Shown here: piece by piece, positions 10,661-24,689 of the stretch | Layout: the number at the start of each line of letters is the position of its first letter | Position numbering within the stretch: position 1 is the stretch's first letter | Source of the DNA: Eutreptiella sp. 'Long Island Sound 2002' | Lineage: Eukaryota > Protista > Euglenida | Assembly (NCBI GenBank): GCA_964036045.1 | Contig: OZ038378.1 | Span: forward strand, 193,564,001-193,628,000 | Length of the DNA: 64,000 nt | Direction of reading: 5' to 3' | Position numbers and translations under genes: made by a program | Notes under the pieces: generated by a model | The model's input: the letters and a program-made list of their open reading frames with translations, nothing else | Told to the model about the DNA's origin: nothing | Databases searched by the model: none

Positions 10661-13600
10661 AAGCACTACCAGTGACGTGCTGGAAACATTGGGTTCTGCA
10701 GGGGTGGTGTGCAGGGCAGGGCCAGTGCAGTAGCTGTCCCAGGAGTCCAGTGTGCCTGCTGTGGGTGCAGGGGCAACGGAGTCATCCAAAAATGAGTCTG
10801 CACACTTGGCCTGACCTGATGGCACTCCACCAAAGATGGCTGTACAATTTCCCTTGCCACTGCAAAAAACCAGATGCCCCCCCCCCCCCCCCCCCAAATG
10901 AAGCATATCTGCACTGTCTCTTCCCATCCCTGCCCATCCTACAGAATACTGCTCTTCGATGCTTCTGGATTTGATGAGCTCTGCAACAAGGGTGTTTCTA
11001 GCCAGTGACCAGCCACTTTCTCATCTAACTTATCGCCAATTCATTTCTAGTGAGCCATTCCTTGCCTAGCAGGAATTGTACTTGGTGGAAAGATGCTACC
11101 AAATGGTGGTGTTGTTGAACCCAAGCTCCATTTCGGTGCGCCAAAGGATCGCAACATCACCATCTAGGCGCGCCCAAGGATCGCAAAATCGCCCTGTTTG
11201 GCCCCGGATAAGAAGCCCAACGACAGGCCACTGAGGAGGGGTATGGAGATTTCTGGTAGGACATGTTCCATGTTGCTCTCCTGGCACCTCCCTATTGTGA
11301 TCTTCATTTTGATCTGTGCTATACCATGTGTGAGACCCTTTCACATCTCTGACCCTGCAAATTCAGGCCACACCCCATTCCTTGACAAGACGTATGTCAC
11401 GTGGTCCATGAAGACCCTGCCAGTGTAAACCACTTGGTTTCAAGCTGGATGGGGGCTTCAAGGGGCATCAAAAGACCTATGGCCCAAATCGTTTGCGCCT
11501 GCTTCAAACCACATGCTTGAAACAAAAAATCACTGTGAGTAGCAGCTGACAATAGGTTCCCCAACTCTTCCGTCAAACAAAGCATATTTTTTTGCAATTT
11601 GATATTTGTAAATTTGCTATGGCATTTGCAGTTTTTGTTGCTGTAGGATTTCATCACTTGTATGCGTACATTGCAACAATCTTCGTTTCACCATGTGTGG
11701 TGATAGAAGCCGGTACGTTGGGCAAATCAGCCACCACCTTTCAATCCCAACTGGAGCATTTTTCCCGGCACAGGATTGTGTGGAGGACTGCGGAAAGCAG
11801 CAGAAGATGGCATATCTGAAACTGATGAGGTCATCATAATCAGAGTGAAGAGTCAAATTTGCTTTTGTTGAGGATCTCGAGTTTTCATGTGGATTTTGAA
11901 CCTTTTCTTTGATGAATGTAGTTCTGTCATTATCAAGGTAGATTACCCACTGGGCTTGGAAATTGGTATGCATGGAAAGTGAGGCACAACACCAACACAT
12001 GGCCAAGAAGACAATTTGTCAAAACAGTATGCCTTGGGTTCCATGCCTGGTGACAATGAAAACACTGTTCATTGATCCAAGTGCTTGGGATGGCCAAGCC
12101 TCCTGCAACCAAAAAAAAGGGCCAGTCAAAGCATTCCAAGCGGTGAGCATGTTCAGGGCTACCTTGCATGTTAGCCCCAGTTGCCGATCTTTGGTGGTCA
12201 CCAAAATGACAGTCCGCCCAACCACCCCAACACACACAGAAGGGTAACACTTGAAAATTGGGCATTTCTGCATTTCTGAGCCACCCGATGTTGGGCACTT
12301 GCACTGAAAAACGGTGATTTTGTGTCTTTCAAACAGCCGATACCCCCCCCCTCCCCCAACGGCATGGCTAGCAGCCTCAAAAAATATCCATTTGCATCCT
12401 GACATGTGTATCCAGCCGCAACACCCCTTATCCCTCCTCTCAAGGGTGGTACAAAATCCCCTGAGCACTTTTCTTTCCTATACGTTTGGTGCCCAATTGC
12501 TGCAATCAGGACAGCCCCCATTCCCCGGCAAATGAGTGCATTTGGCCCGTGGGATAGCTACCTAGGCTTTGTTTGCTTTGAGGTGCATGTGTATAATGCT
12601 TAGTTGTCAGGTAGTTTCTTCAGTTGACGCACCCTTATATAGAAAACCCAGCTAAATAGTTTGACTTGAGTTTCTACATCTCAGTTTTCCTTGTTTCTCG
12701 ACTCAGATTAGCTCTTTTTTCATTGGGGTAGGGTACACAAACAAGCCCCACCAGATGGTATGCTGTGTTTTCCCAATATACAAGGGCCTGTGTGGTTTTG
12801 ATCTGACAACCTCTGTGGTTTTTGGTCCTCTACAAAGAGTGTCATTGGGGACAAAATCGTCCCCGAAAATGATGACTGTACAAAAGCCTAACCATCCAAC
12901 ATCACTCATTGGGGTACACTCCGCGCATACCCTACATGCCCCCGAAGGCAACAGTGACCACCTGCAAAATGATTTGTGTTGGCAGCACCAATTTCCAAAC
13001 GTTTTGAGCAATATTCCTCTTCCAAACAAGCATGATTTTGCATGCAAAACCATTTAACATGCAACCCCGTAGCGTATAGTACGCAAAAAAATCCCCGAAA
13101 AACCCCCATATTCACTTCTTGTGCCTGCACTTGATCTAACAACGCCTTTTGAGGTGATTTTGTCCTGGAATGAATGCAACCGACCTCAGCAGAACAAGGC
13201 AGAACAAAAAGACACACAACAACCACTGGAAAAAAATTAAACCCTTCAATATTGTGCTCTAAAGGGCAGGAGATCTGGAAAGCAGAGCTCAAAGAGCAGG
13301 AAACCAACCAGCATCTACATACAATACATGGACTGGCTGCAAGGTGCAAAGAGTGGCTGCGCAAACACTCAAACCTTGGGCCAATAAAATTGCATTCCTG
13401 AGGCACAGAGCAGGAAATGATAATGGAAACTAGAAAAAATATATGATACCAATAGATTTGCACCCTCTATGTACAGCAGTAACATTCGCCAAAATGTCAA
13501 ATACGCTTTGCATAATGCAACCATTTGAGACCTGCAAGTATTGAGGGACACACTTCCTCATATACCACTTACAAATGCCAAACAGCAGCATTCTCTTGGC

Positions 13601-14490
13601 TTAAGAACACACTGTACATAACTGAATGTCAAAAAACATCATGGACACAGCAAATAGAAATGGGAAACAATGCAACAGATGCAGCAAAGGCACCGTGCAC
13701 CCAACTGCGCCATCAGAGACATCATGGGCAAAGCAAATGGAAATGGGAAACAACAAAGCGACAGGTGCAGCCAGGCATCTTGCACCTGACTGTGCCATCA
13801 GAGTCCTACATAAAGACTCGCTTGAATCCACAGTGCAAACTGTGAAAACAAAATACTGGGCTGAATGTGGGTGCATTTGCACACACAACACTGAAGGAGC
13901 GGTGCTACGGCAATTCTCCAACTTCCAAACTTGGCAAAGAATTCTTAAGCACCATGATAGCACCACCCCATCCATCCAGGCATCACCAGAGAGATGTCAA
14001 CAAAATGTCGCCCCAAAGGAGAAGGCACAAAGTGTGCAGTGAAGCCCTGGCAAATACCATCTGCACAGGCGAGGCGGACGCTAGGCTCAGAACTTCCTGG
14101 CAGTTCACGAAACCTTGCTTACACACTGAATGCTTCAATCAAAGCATGTTTAATGTACAACAACATTCCAACAAAGGCACAGGTTGGTTGCATAGATCAG
14201 CACTTCGTGCCGAGAAACGCTGGACCACCAGCTTGTTTTTTGAATTTGTGCGCACGTGCTATTAAATAAATCAGCTGCAAAGACAGAGGAATGCTGGACT
14301 ACAGACTCTGTTCCTGAGTTTGCGCGCGCATACTTAGCTGTGCCCCATTTGTGCACACAGGCGTGCGGGAACCAGCAGAGGGCAATCACATACAAATGAA
14401 ACTGGAAACAATGAGGTTAGAGCGCTTCGAGGAGTGCAACTGTGTGGGTGACCACTGCGGCTGTAACTTGCCACCGTTGGGCACCGTTAC

Positions 14491-17400
14491 TCACACATCA
14501 GGCGTCATATCAGGCTGAACTTTCCCAACTTTCAGAATGGATGCACTTCCAGGACGGGACCCAAGCTGGAAGCCCACACCACCGTGCTCAGATCGGTCAA
14601 GACCCATGTCCTCCTCCTCTGCTTTCACACGAAGGAGGCCGGTGACTTTCAAGACCCCAAACACCAGGGCAGACATCAACCCAACCCACACCATAATTGC
14701 AAAAACACCCAGCAATTGCACTCCCAATTGCTCACCACCACCACCGTAAAACAGACCATAAACAGTGGGGTCAGACACCCCATAAGCGGAGATCAAATTC
14801 TCCTTGGTGCAAAACAGTCCCACCGCAATCACACCCCAAATTCCGCAAGCACCATGGACACCGGATGCACAGAGCACATCATCGATCTTCAGCTTCAGAA
14901 GCAAACGGGCATAACCATAAAAAACGACACCCCCAATTGCCCCAATTACTGCTGCCGCCCATGGTTCAACAACGGAGCAGGGTGCTGTTACAGAGACCAA
15001 TCCACCAAGAATACCATTCATCATGTAATTCACGTCAAAGTGGCCCATGAAGATACGGCTCATCAGCACAGTAGTGATACCACCACAACCAGCAGCCAAA
15101 GTAGTAGTCACACAGACCTGCACACAAGATCACAGTGCACACAACCAATATGTAAAACCACTGTGTGGTTTCTGCTGTATTCAGCAGCAACCCTGTGGAG
15201 TGATGCCATCACTAGACCCAGAAAGACTCAGCGACACGGTCGCAGCTGTTGTGTTGTTTACGTGCACAGTTGAGAAGACAGAAGCAGTGATAGCAAAATA
15301 AAGAATCATTGAGGTCCTCACAACCATGTCTCTGGAGGCAGAATCACGCATCACGGCGCCAAGCGAAAAGTACACAAGCAGTGAATATGCAAACCACCAA
15401 ATTCTGCACCCTAAGCACCTCAGCATGACACCGGGAGTCAACAATTGCACCAAATGGCAGAAATGCATGCAAGCTAAACAAAAGCACTGATGTGTTGACA
15501 AAACACTGACATTCAAAAATCTCTGAGATGACCTCTGACAGAAAATGGACCAGGGACAAGGGAGGGTGACCTTGAGACACCAAAAACAGACCTCAGTGGG
15601 AAACAGACCTGACACTGTAAGCAAGCGCGATGACATGTGCCCACAGAATGCCCCACACACAATCGAAGCCCATGGCTCATGCACAAATGCATCGAGGCAC
15701 ATGCAAGCATGCTGGGTATTGTGCACCACTGCCCAGTGCAACATACGTTCCCGGACCCTACACTGCCATGCAGCGGTTCTAGGCCGCCAACATGGTTTAT
15801 TCTCCTCCACAAAATTTTCCATGTTCAATTGAACGTTAGAAAGGGAGGAGTGGGATGGGGGAGGGTCTGGATCTAATACTTCCCTGGAAGGGTGGGGGTT
15901 GAGACCTCATTAGATTGAGAGACTGGGATTACAAACACCAATGCAGAAAACTGCATTTTGAGGCAATGCACTCCAGTCTGACATGAATGCATCGTTCTTC
16001 TCCTCTCCCAAATCAGACCTGACTTAACCTCAAAGGTGGAGGAACGGCGGGAAGGGATCTTTTGCTGCTCTCCTGGTCCCGGACGACTACCAACACACGA
16101 CAGTATGTATCAGAAGGTGCACATCACATGAATCAGGTCTTGAGATGATTGGGGCTCCAGCGCAACAGGGGGGATCGGAGTGAAAGAGAATCACATGATC
16201 GGAAGCAATAGGCAAAATTCGTCATCAAACAAAAGAAACAACATCGCGGTTGCGAGGGGGGGGGGGGGACTGCCCCATGGAACGCAGGATCTCTGTGTTT
16301 ATTTGATTGACCGTGCCCTGTCATGATAATGCGAAGGTAATGTAGTTTTTGCTCCTTGTGCGTCTGTGCGTGGCAGGATATGTGACATGTGCGCATGTGT
16401 GTATGCATGCATGCATGGATGAATACATACATATGGATGAAATTCGCCATGGGGCGCATATGCACGCACACCTTAGCGGCAATCAGAGATGCGTTTCCAC
16501 TCAACATCAGAGTAGAACCAGCGTTGAAGCCGTACCATCCCAACCACAAGATGAGGGTACCAGTGCACAACAACACTTGATTGTGGGGACGATAGCGAGT
16601 CTCACGGAATTCCTTTTCCTCCTCGCTCTCGCCTGCAGGTCCAAACCGCCCTCGCCGGGGTCCAATGATCAGAGCACCAACGAAGGCACCAACCCCTGTG
16701 CAGAACAGAATAATGAAGGGTCCAGTGGCATGCGACCTGAGAGTCTGAGTACCCTAAATGCACAGTGATGAGCACTGACAGGTGGCAAACCGCAGTGCCG
16801 TGGTCACAGAACCCGTATTATCACACATGGTGAGGCAACCGACACACCTCCAGTCAAGTGCACTACTCCACTTCCAGCAAAATCGATCATTCCATTGGTT
16901 CCAACACGACCAAATGCTGAGGTGTCACAGAAGGCACTGAGCCAGCCAGCGCCGCTCCAGATCCAGTGCACCACCACAGGGTAAATGACAGCAGTCATAG
17001 CAATGGAGACAATAATGTATCCCCCAACAGCACAGCGCTCCGCAACAGCTCCAGAGATGATGGTTGCGGTGGTTGCTGCAAAAGCCCACTGGAAGAACCA
17101 TCCAGCAAAGGCGGTGTTGGGGAAGTGTCCGCTGGAGACGAGGAAAAACTCACCGCCGCCGATAAAGACGTTCCTGCGATGGGACAGGCACACAGCTCAT
17201 GTAAACAAGACCCAGTTGCCTTGATGCAGGTGCTCCACTTGTGGAAAGCAGACGGAACACTTTGAAAAATCTATCGTCTCTGCTTGAAACCAAACTGTCA
17301 ACATCTATATGGAGCAGCACTACACCATGCTTCACAATTGTTGTTGCCGTCAGCAAGGCATTTCAAAGAGGGTGGGGGACACGTACCTTGGAAGCTTAGC

Positions 17401-20400
17401 CCCCAAGCCCCCAGCCGCACCCAATGGGCGCGACCTGGGTGAAAACACACAAAATGGGATAAAACATGCTTCACATTGGATATTTCATCATTGTGGGTGG
17501 TCACAATATCAAAAAAAAATCAGCTCTTGTAAAAGTCTGAATTCTGAAAACTGCAAAAGCAGGTTGTGCGCCGGTCCCTTCAGAAGGACACCCCCTACAC
17601 CAACTGGCCAAATGGGGTGAACACCACATAACAAACGTCTTAAATTTTTTCTTCTTCCGTCCGTAACCATTGACAAGTGTTTGAGATGGTGCGGCGCTCC
17701 AGACACATGCTCTGAGACAGTACATTACTGTCCCCTAACACCTGCCCGCCATCCTCGCAGAGAGGAGCTGTAAGGCTGTGGGTTGGCTCGGTGATGCATT
17801 GTGCGCCCTCCCCACGGGCCACTCTTCGGCTCCTGCCTTGTGGCTGGAAAGGGGGTCTTTGTGTCGCAAAAAGGAAACCATGTGGAAAGATCGAGAGGTG
17901 CCACAGGTGCCTCAGGTGCCTCAGGGTGAACCTCCCTAGACTGTCAGCTAACCACTCCACTCTCATGTCATAGCCTGCTTGTGCAGGTGATGTTGGCGGT
18001 TTGGTGCCAACCAGCCCTGCAAAGGCGCCTCCGCAGTTTCGCCGCCCCATCCTTCTCACTAGATCAAACATCCCTCCTCTGGCGTTTAGTTTGGGGCGCT
18101 CGACCATCTTGTGGACTTGTTGGTTCTTACACTCAATGTAGCTCTCAGTCAGTGTGCAGGCGACATGGGCTTGTCCTGCCACACTCAATTGTATGGCCAC
18201 CCTACATTGCCCACCACAGTCATATTATTCTTCTACTGCCCACGCGATGTGAGGCTCCACGCAGCGCGTGCACGGCCCTTGTGTGTGGCACTCGCCCGCA
18301 TGGTCTGCTCCCCCAGATAATTCACTCCCTTCAAGCGCAGCCATACAACCGTGCAGATGCGGGTTATGCACTTTTCGTCCACCAAGGGCCTACCTTTGTG
18401 CCCAGAGCACTCAGAACCGGCGATGCGATCATGATGCAAAGGGGTCCCGTAGTCGTCCTGTGGGGCCACCATCACTGTTTGGGGTCCGGGCCGATGCCGA
18501 CCACTGCCTCCCAGAACTCATGCACCTTCCGCAGGTCGAGGCCCACACCCAGGCCTTGCATGTAGGACACGGCTGCTTCCCACAAAACACCTACCTGGTA
18601 CGGCGAGCTTGGGTGGTATGCCGCCACTTGCCATCCAACAACATTGGACAGCTCCATGTGCAGGGGTCTGCACCCGCCAGCGCCAGACGACGGCTCCCCG
18701 CCAGACAACTGGAATTATGGGAATTATGGGGAATTATGGGGGAATTATGGGGAATTGTTGGGGATTATGGGGAATTATGTGGAATTATGGGGGAAGTACG
18801 GGGAATTATGGGTAATTATGGGGAATTGTGGTGGAATTATGGGGAATTTGGGTGGAATTATGGGGAATTATGGGGAAGTATGGGGAATGTTGGTGGAATT
18901 ACGGGGAATGTTGGTGGAATTATGGGAAATTATGGGGGAATTATGGGGGAATTATGGGGAATTATGGGGAATTATGGGGAATTATGGTGGAATTATGGCT
19001 TGGTGTTGATTCTTGATGGGTTGTTGTTCGTTCCCGATGGCTTGCTTTTGATTCTTGCCGGGTTGCTATTGATTCCTGTTGCTTTGTTCTTGATGCCTGT
19101 CAGCTTGTTGTTGATTCTTGACTGGTGCCCAGTTGCTATTGATTCTTGCTAGTTTGTTCTTGATTCCTGGTGGCTTGCTATTGATTCCTGATGGGTTCCT
19201 TTTGACTCTTGCGGGGTTGCTGTCGCATCCTGCCAGTTTAATCTTGATTCCTCGTGGGATGGCTTGGAGGAACAAAGGCAAGCACAATGCACATGCACGT
19301 GAGGACGCAGTGGAACAAAATCACGCGGCATCATTGTTGGTAAAGGCTTTAAAGTCTTAAAGTCTGGTGGCCACTGAGCACTCTCCTTTGCACGGGTGCA
19401 AGGCCCATCGCCGATAAAGACGTTACTGCGATGGGACAGGCACACAGCTCATGTAAACAAGACCAAGTTGCCTTGATGCAGGTGCTCCACTTGTGGAAAG
19501 CAGACGGAACACTTTGAAAAATCTATCGTCTCTGCTTGAAACCAAACTGTCAACATCTATATGGAGCAGCACTACACCATGCTTCACAATTGTTGTTGCC
19601 GTCAGCAAGGCATTTCAAAGAGGGTGGGGGGCACGTACCTTGGAAGCTTAGCCCCCCCAGCCCCCAGCCGCACCCAATGGGCGCGACCTGGGTGAAAACA
19701 CACAAAATGGGATAAAACATGCTTCACATTGGATATTTCATCATTGTGGGTGGTCACAACATAAAAAAAATCAGCTTTTGTAAAAGTCTGAATTCTGAAA
19801 ACTGCAAACTGAAAACTGTTGTGCGCCGGTCCCTTCAGACAGACACCCCCTACACCAACTGGCCAAATGGCGTGAAAACCATATCACAAACGTCTTAAAC
19901 ATGCTTTACATGGGATGTTTGATGATTGTGGGTGGTCACAGCTTGGGAAATTCTATTGCCTTTGGCACTCACCTTGCAGAGAATTGCCCACACAACAGTC
20001 AAAATGCTCAGAATAAAGTTCTGTGGACATCAACCCCCACCACCACCACTGTTTGCGCTCCTGTAGAGCTGCAGGGCACTACACCGTTGCAGAGTGCTTG
20101 CTCTCCGCACTGAAGGTTATTGCCGTTGGGATCCTTAATGTGCTGGTACCACTACCTGCCACCGATGGGAAAAAAAACAGAAACAGTGGGCCAACACAGC
20201 GGTAGGGGAGTGCAAAGACATAACAGCAATGGTGCGCCATGGTGCAGTGCGGGACCTGGCCCTGCTGCACTGTTTCTGGTTGAGCCTTTTTCTGAAATGC
20301 TTTGTATGGCGTTATTGTTGCCACTGAGAGCGTCCTCAATCAAATGCATGTCAGAGAGCTGCTGTACAAGCTCTGGTGAGCTTTTCTTTGGACTTTAGGT

Positions 20401-20826
20401 TGTGTCCGACCATCAACTGTTGGGTCCCTCCGCGCGCACGCGCGTGCACACACACTCACGCAGAGTCCTTCCTCTGGCCATCAACCAGCGACGTCAGAAA
20501 CCCACATACCTGCCACCGGAGACCGTGTCGCCACCGTAGGCAAGCGCCCAACCAATAGCCCACCAAGACAAAGCGGCGCAGCAGGCATCCATGGAATTCT
20601 TGAAGACAATGTTGACAACGTTTTTCGCCCGGCAGGAACCACATTCCAGCATTGTGAACCCAGTCTGCATGAAGAAAACCACGATGGCGCACAGCATCAA
20701 CCAAAGTGTGTCCAAGTCAGCGTTGGTCATAGGGTTTCCCGCAGTCTTCAAGGTGTCAACCTCTTGCTGCAACGCGGTAACTTGGGCCGTTAATTCGGCC
20801 CACGCTCCAGCTGAGACAATAGCCAT
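14491..20826 (-). CDS. AMT: Ammonium transporter, copy B (exons 20510-20826, 16848-17173, 16472-16695, 14491-15117; 497 aa)
   Basis: All junctions are GT-AG and phase-compatible (317+326+224+627 = 1494 nt). Amt motifs present: DFAGSGVVH (first pore His), [35 protein letters not shown] (second His), [14 protein letters not shown]; TGA stop. Intron 1 (3336 nt) contains a decoy acceptor and an exon-2 stub at 19409-19427. Confidence 0.92.
17645..19408 (-). mobile_element. 1764-bp degenerate insertion (probably retroposed) in AMT-B intron 1
   Basis: Absent from copies A, C and D. A-rich end on the minus strand (aagaagaaaaaaa at ~17645-17660). Flanked by a direct duplication of host sequence, 17157-17644 and 19409-19899. 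Insert plus duplication (2252 bp) equals the period difference. Confidence 0.7.
18711..19255. repeat. Compound minisatellite: ~10-bp GGAATTATGG(G) array (18711-18998), then a degenerate ~21-bp TTGATTCYTG-type array
   Basis: Directly visible tandem units; they explain the spurious [10 protein letters not shown] ORFs. Confidence 0.92.
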
Positions 20827-23800
20827 TATGTCGGTTGCGGCAGTCTGAAAACAGAAAATGCACAACTTAAGCACTACCAGTGACGTGCTGGAAACATTGG
20901 GTTCTGCAGGGGTGGTGTGCAGGGCAGGGCCAGTGCAGTAGCTGTCCCAGGAGTCCAGTGTGCCTGCTGTGGGTGCAGGGGCAACGGAGTCATCCAAAAA
21001 TGAGTCTGCACACTTGGCCTGACCTGATGGCACTCAACCAAAGATGGCTGTACAATTTCCCTTGCCACTGCAAAAAACCAGATGCCCCCCCCCCCCCAAA
21101 TGAAGCATATCTGCACTGTCTCTTCCCATCCCTGCCCATCCTACAGAATACTGCTCTTCGATGCTTCTGGATTTGATGAGCTCTGCAACAAGGGTGTTTC
21201 TAGCCAGTGACCAGCCACTTTCTCATCTAACTTATCGCCAATTCATTTCTAGTGAGCCATTCCTTGCCTAGCAGGAATTGTACTTGGTGGAAAGATGCTA
21301 CCAAATGGTGGTGTTGTTGAACCCAAGCTCCATTTCGGTGCGCCAAAGGATCGCAACATCACCATCTAGGCGCGCCCAAGGATCGCAAAATCGCCCTGTT
21401 TGGCCCCGGATAAGAAGCCCAACGACAGGCCACTGAGGAGGGGTATGGAGATTTCTGGTAGGACATGTTCCATGTTGCTCTCCTGGCACCTCCCTATTGT
21501 GATCTTCATTTTGATCTGTGCTATACCATGTGTGAGACCCTTTCACATCTCTGACCCTGCAAATTCAGGCCACACCCCATTCCTTGACAAGACGTATGTC
21601 ACGTGGTCCATGAAGACCCTGCCAGTGTAAACCACTTGGTTTCAAGCTGGATGGGGGCTTCAAGGGGCATCAAAAGACCTATGGCCCAAATCGTTTGCGC
21701 CTGCTTCAAACCACATGCTTGAAACAAAAAATCACTGTGAGTAGCAGCTGACAATAGGTTCCCCAACTCTTCCGTCAAACAAAGCATATTTTTTTGCAAT
21801 TTGATATTTGTAAATTTGCTATGGCATTTGCAGTTTTTGTTGCTGTAGGATTTCATCACTTGTATGCGTACATTGCAACAATCTTCGTTTCACCATGTGT
21901 GGTGATAGAAGCCGGTACGTTGGGCAAATCAGCCACCACCTTTCAATCCCAACTGGAGCATTTTTCCCGGCACAGGATTGTGTGGAGGACTGCGGAAAGC
22001 AGCAGAAGATGGCATATCTGAAACTGATGAGGTCATCATAATCAGAGTGAAGAGTCAAATTTGCTTTTGTTGAGGATCTCGAGTTTTCATGTGGATTTTG
22101 AACCTTTTCTTTGATGAATGTAGTTCTGTCATTATCAAGGTAGATTACCCACTGGGCTTGGAAATTGGTATGCATGGAAAGTGAGGCACAACACCAACAC
22201 ATGGCCAAGAAGACAATTTGTCAAAACAGTATGCCTTGGGTTCCATGCCTGGTGACAATGAAAACACTGTTCATTGATCCAAGTGCTTGGGATGGCCAAG
22301 CCTCCTGCAACCAAAAAAAAGGGCCAGTCAAAGCATTCCAAGCGGTGAGCATGTTCAGGGCTACCTTGCATGTTAGCCCCAGTTGCCGATCTTTGGTGGT
22401 CACCAAAATGACAGTCCGCCCAACCACCCCAACACACACAGAAGGGTAACACTTGAAAATTGGGCATTTCTGCATTTCTGAGCCACCCGATGTTGGGCAC
22501 TTGCACTGAAAAACGGTGATTTTGTGTCTTTCAAACAGCCGATACCCCCCCCCTCCCCCAACGGCATGGCTAGCAGCCTCAAAAAATATCCATTTGCATC
22601 CTGACATGTGTATCCAGCCGCAACACCCCTTATCCCTCCTCTCAAGGGTGGTACAAAATCCCCTGAGCACTTTTCTTTCCTATACGTTTGGTGCCCAATT
22701 GCTGCAATCAGGACAGCCCCCATTCCCCGGCAAATGAGTGCATTTGGCCCATGGGATAGCTACCTAGGCTTTGTTTGCTTTGAGGTGCATGTGTATAATG
22801 CTTAGTTGTCAGGTAGTTTCTTCAGTTGACGCACCCTTATATAGAAAACCCAGCTAAATAGTTTGACTTGAGTTTCTACATCTCAGTTTTCCTTGTTTCT
22901 CGACTCAGATTAGCTCTTTTTTCATTGGGGTAGGGTACACAAACAAGCCCCACCAGATGGTATGCTGTGTTTTCCCAATATACAAGGGCCTGCGTGGTTT
23001 TGATCTGACAACCTCTGTGGTTTTTGGTCCTCTACAAAGAGTGTCATTGGGGACAAAATCGTCCCCGAAAATGATGACTGTACAAAAGCCTAACCATCCA
23101 ACATCACTCATTGGGGTACACTCCGCGCATACCCTACATGCCCCCGAAGGCAACAGTGACCACCTGCAAAATGATTTGTGTTGGCAGCACCAATTTCCAA
23201 ACGTTTTGAGCAATATTCCTCTTCCAAACAAGCATGATTTTGCATGCAAAACCATTTAACATGCAACCCCGTAGCGTATAGTACGCAAAAAAATCCCCGA
23301 AAAACCCCCATATTCACTTCTTGTGCCTGCACTTGATCTAACAACGCCTTTTGAGGTGATTTTGTCCTGGAATGAATGCAACCGACCTCAGCAGAACAAG
23401 GCAGAACAAAAAGACACACAACAACCACTGGAAAAAAATTAAACCCTTCAATATTGTGCTCTAAAGGGCAGGAGATCTGGAAAGCAGAGCTCAAAGAGCA
23501 GGAAACCAACCAGCATCTACATACAATACATGGACTGGCTGCAAGGTGCAAAGAGTGGCTGCGCAAACACTCAAACCTTGGGCCAATAAAAATGCATTCC
23601 TGAGGCACAGAGCAGGAAATGATAATGGAAACTAGAAAAAATATATGATACCAATAGATTTGCACCCTCTATGTACAGCAGTAACATTCGCCAAAATGTC
23701 AAATACGCTTTGCATAATGCAACCATTTGAGACCTGCAAGTATTGAGGGACACACTTCCTCATATACCACTTACAAATGCCAAACAGCAGCATTCTCTTG

Positions 23801-24689
23801 GCTTAAGAACACACTGTACATAACTGAATGTCAAAAAACATCATGGGCACAGCAAATAGAAATGGGAAACAATGCAACAGATGCAGCAAAGGCACCGTGC
23901 ACCCAACTGCGCCATCAGAGACATCATGGGCAAAGCAAATGGAAATGGGAAACAACAAAGCGACAGGTGCAGCCAGGTATCTTGCACCTGACTGTGCCAT
24001 CAGAGTCCTACATAAAGACTCGCTTGAATCCACAGTGCAAACTGTGAAAACAAAATACTGGGCTGAATGTGGGTGCATTTGCACACACAACACTGAAGGA
24101 GCGGTGCTACGGCAATTCTCCAACTTCCAAACTTGGCAAAGAATTCTTAAGCACCATGATAGCACCACCCCACCCATCCAGGCATCACCAGAGAGATGTC
24201 AACAAAATGTCGCCCCAAAGGAGAAGGCACAAAGTGTGCAGTGAAGCCCTGGCAAATACCATCTGCACAGGCGGACGCTAGGCTCAGAACTTCCTGGCAG
24301 TTCACGAAACCTTGCTTACACACTGAATGCTTCAATCAAAGCATGCCTAATGTACAACAACATTCCAACAAAGGGACACAGGTTGGTTGCATAGATCAGC
24401 ACTTCGTGCCGAGAAACGCTGGACCACCAGCTTGTTTTTTGAATTTGTGCGCACGTGCTATTAAATAAATCAGCTGCAAAGACAGAGGAATGCTGGACTA
24501 CAGACTCTGTTCCTGAGTTTGCGCGCGCATACTTAGCTGTGCCCCATTTGTGCACACAGGCGTGCGGGAACCAGCAGAGGGCAATCACATACAAATGAAA
24601 CTGGAAACAATGAGGTTAGAGCGCTTCGAGGAGTGCAACTGTGTGGGTGACCACTGCGGCTGTAACTTGCCACCGTTGGGCACCGTTAC

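Noticed and set aside
10619-10927. N-terminal extension of ORF 10286-10927 (MGRDSAD...) and the exon-1 read-through ending YVGF-stop
   Set aside because: The extension varies with poly-C length between copies and lies upstream of a clear acceptor. Splicing at 10302 gives a phase-correct Amt sequence.
10930-14480. Spacer ORFs of 60-185 aa repeated in every unit
   Set aside because: No recognisable motifs, and some are broken by a 4-bp indel between copies. Their recurrence only reflects the recent duplication.
14491-20826. Non-conventional (non GT-AG) euglenid-type introns in AMT
   Set aside because: All three coding-region introns resolve as GT-AG with correct phase.
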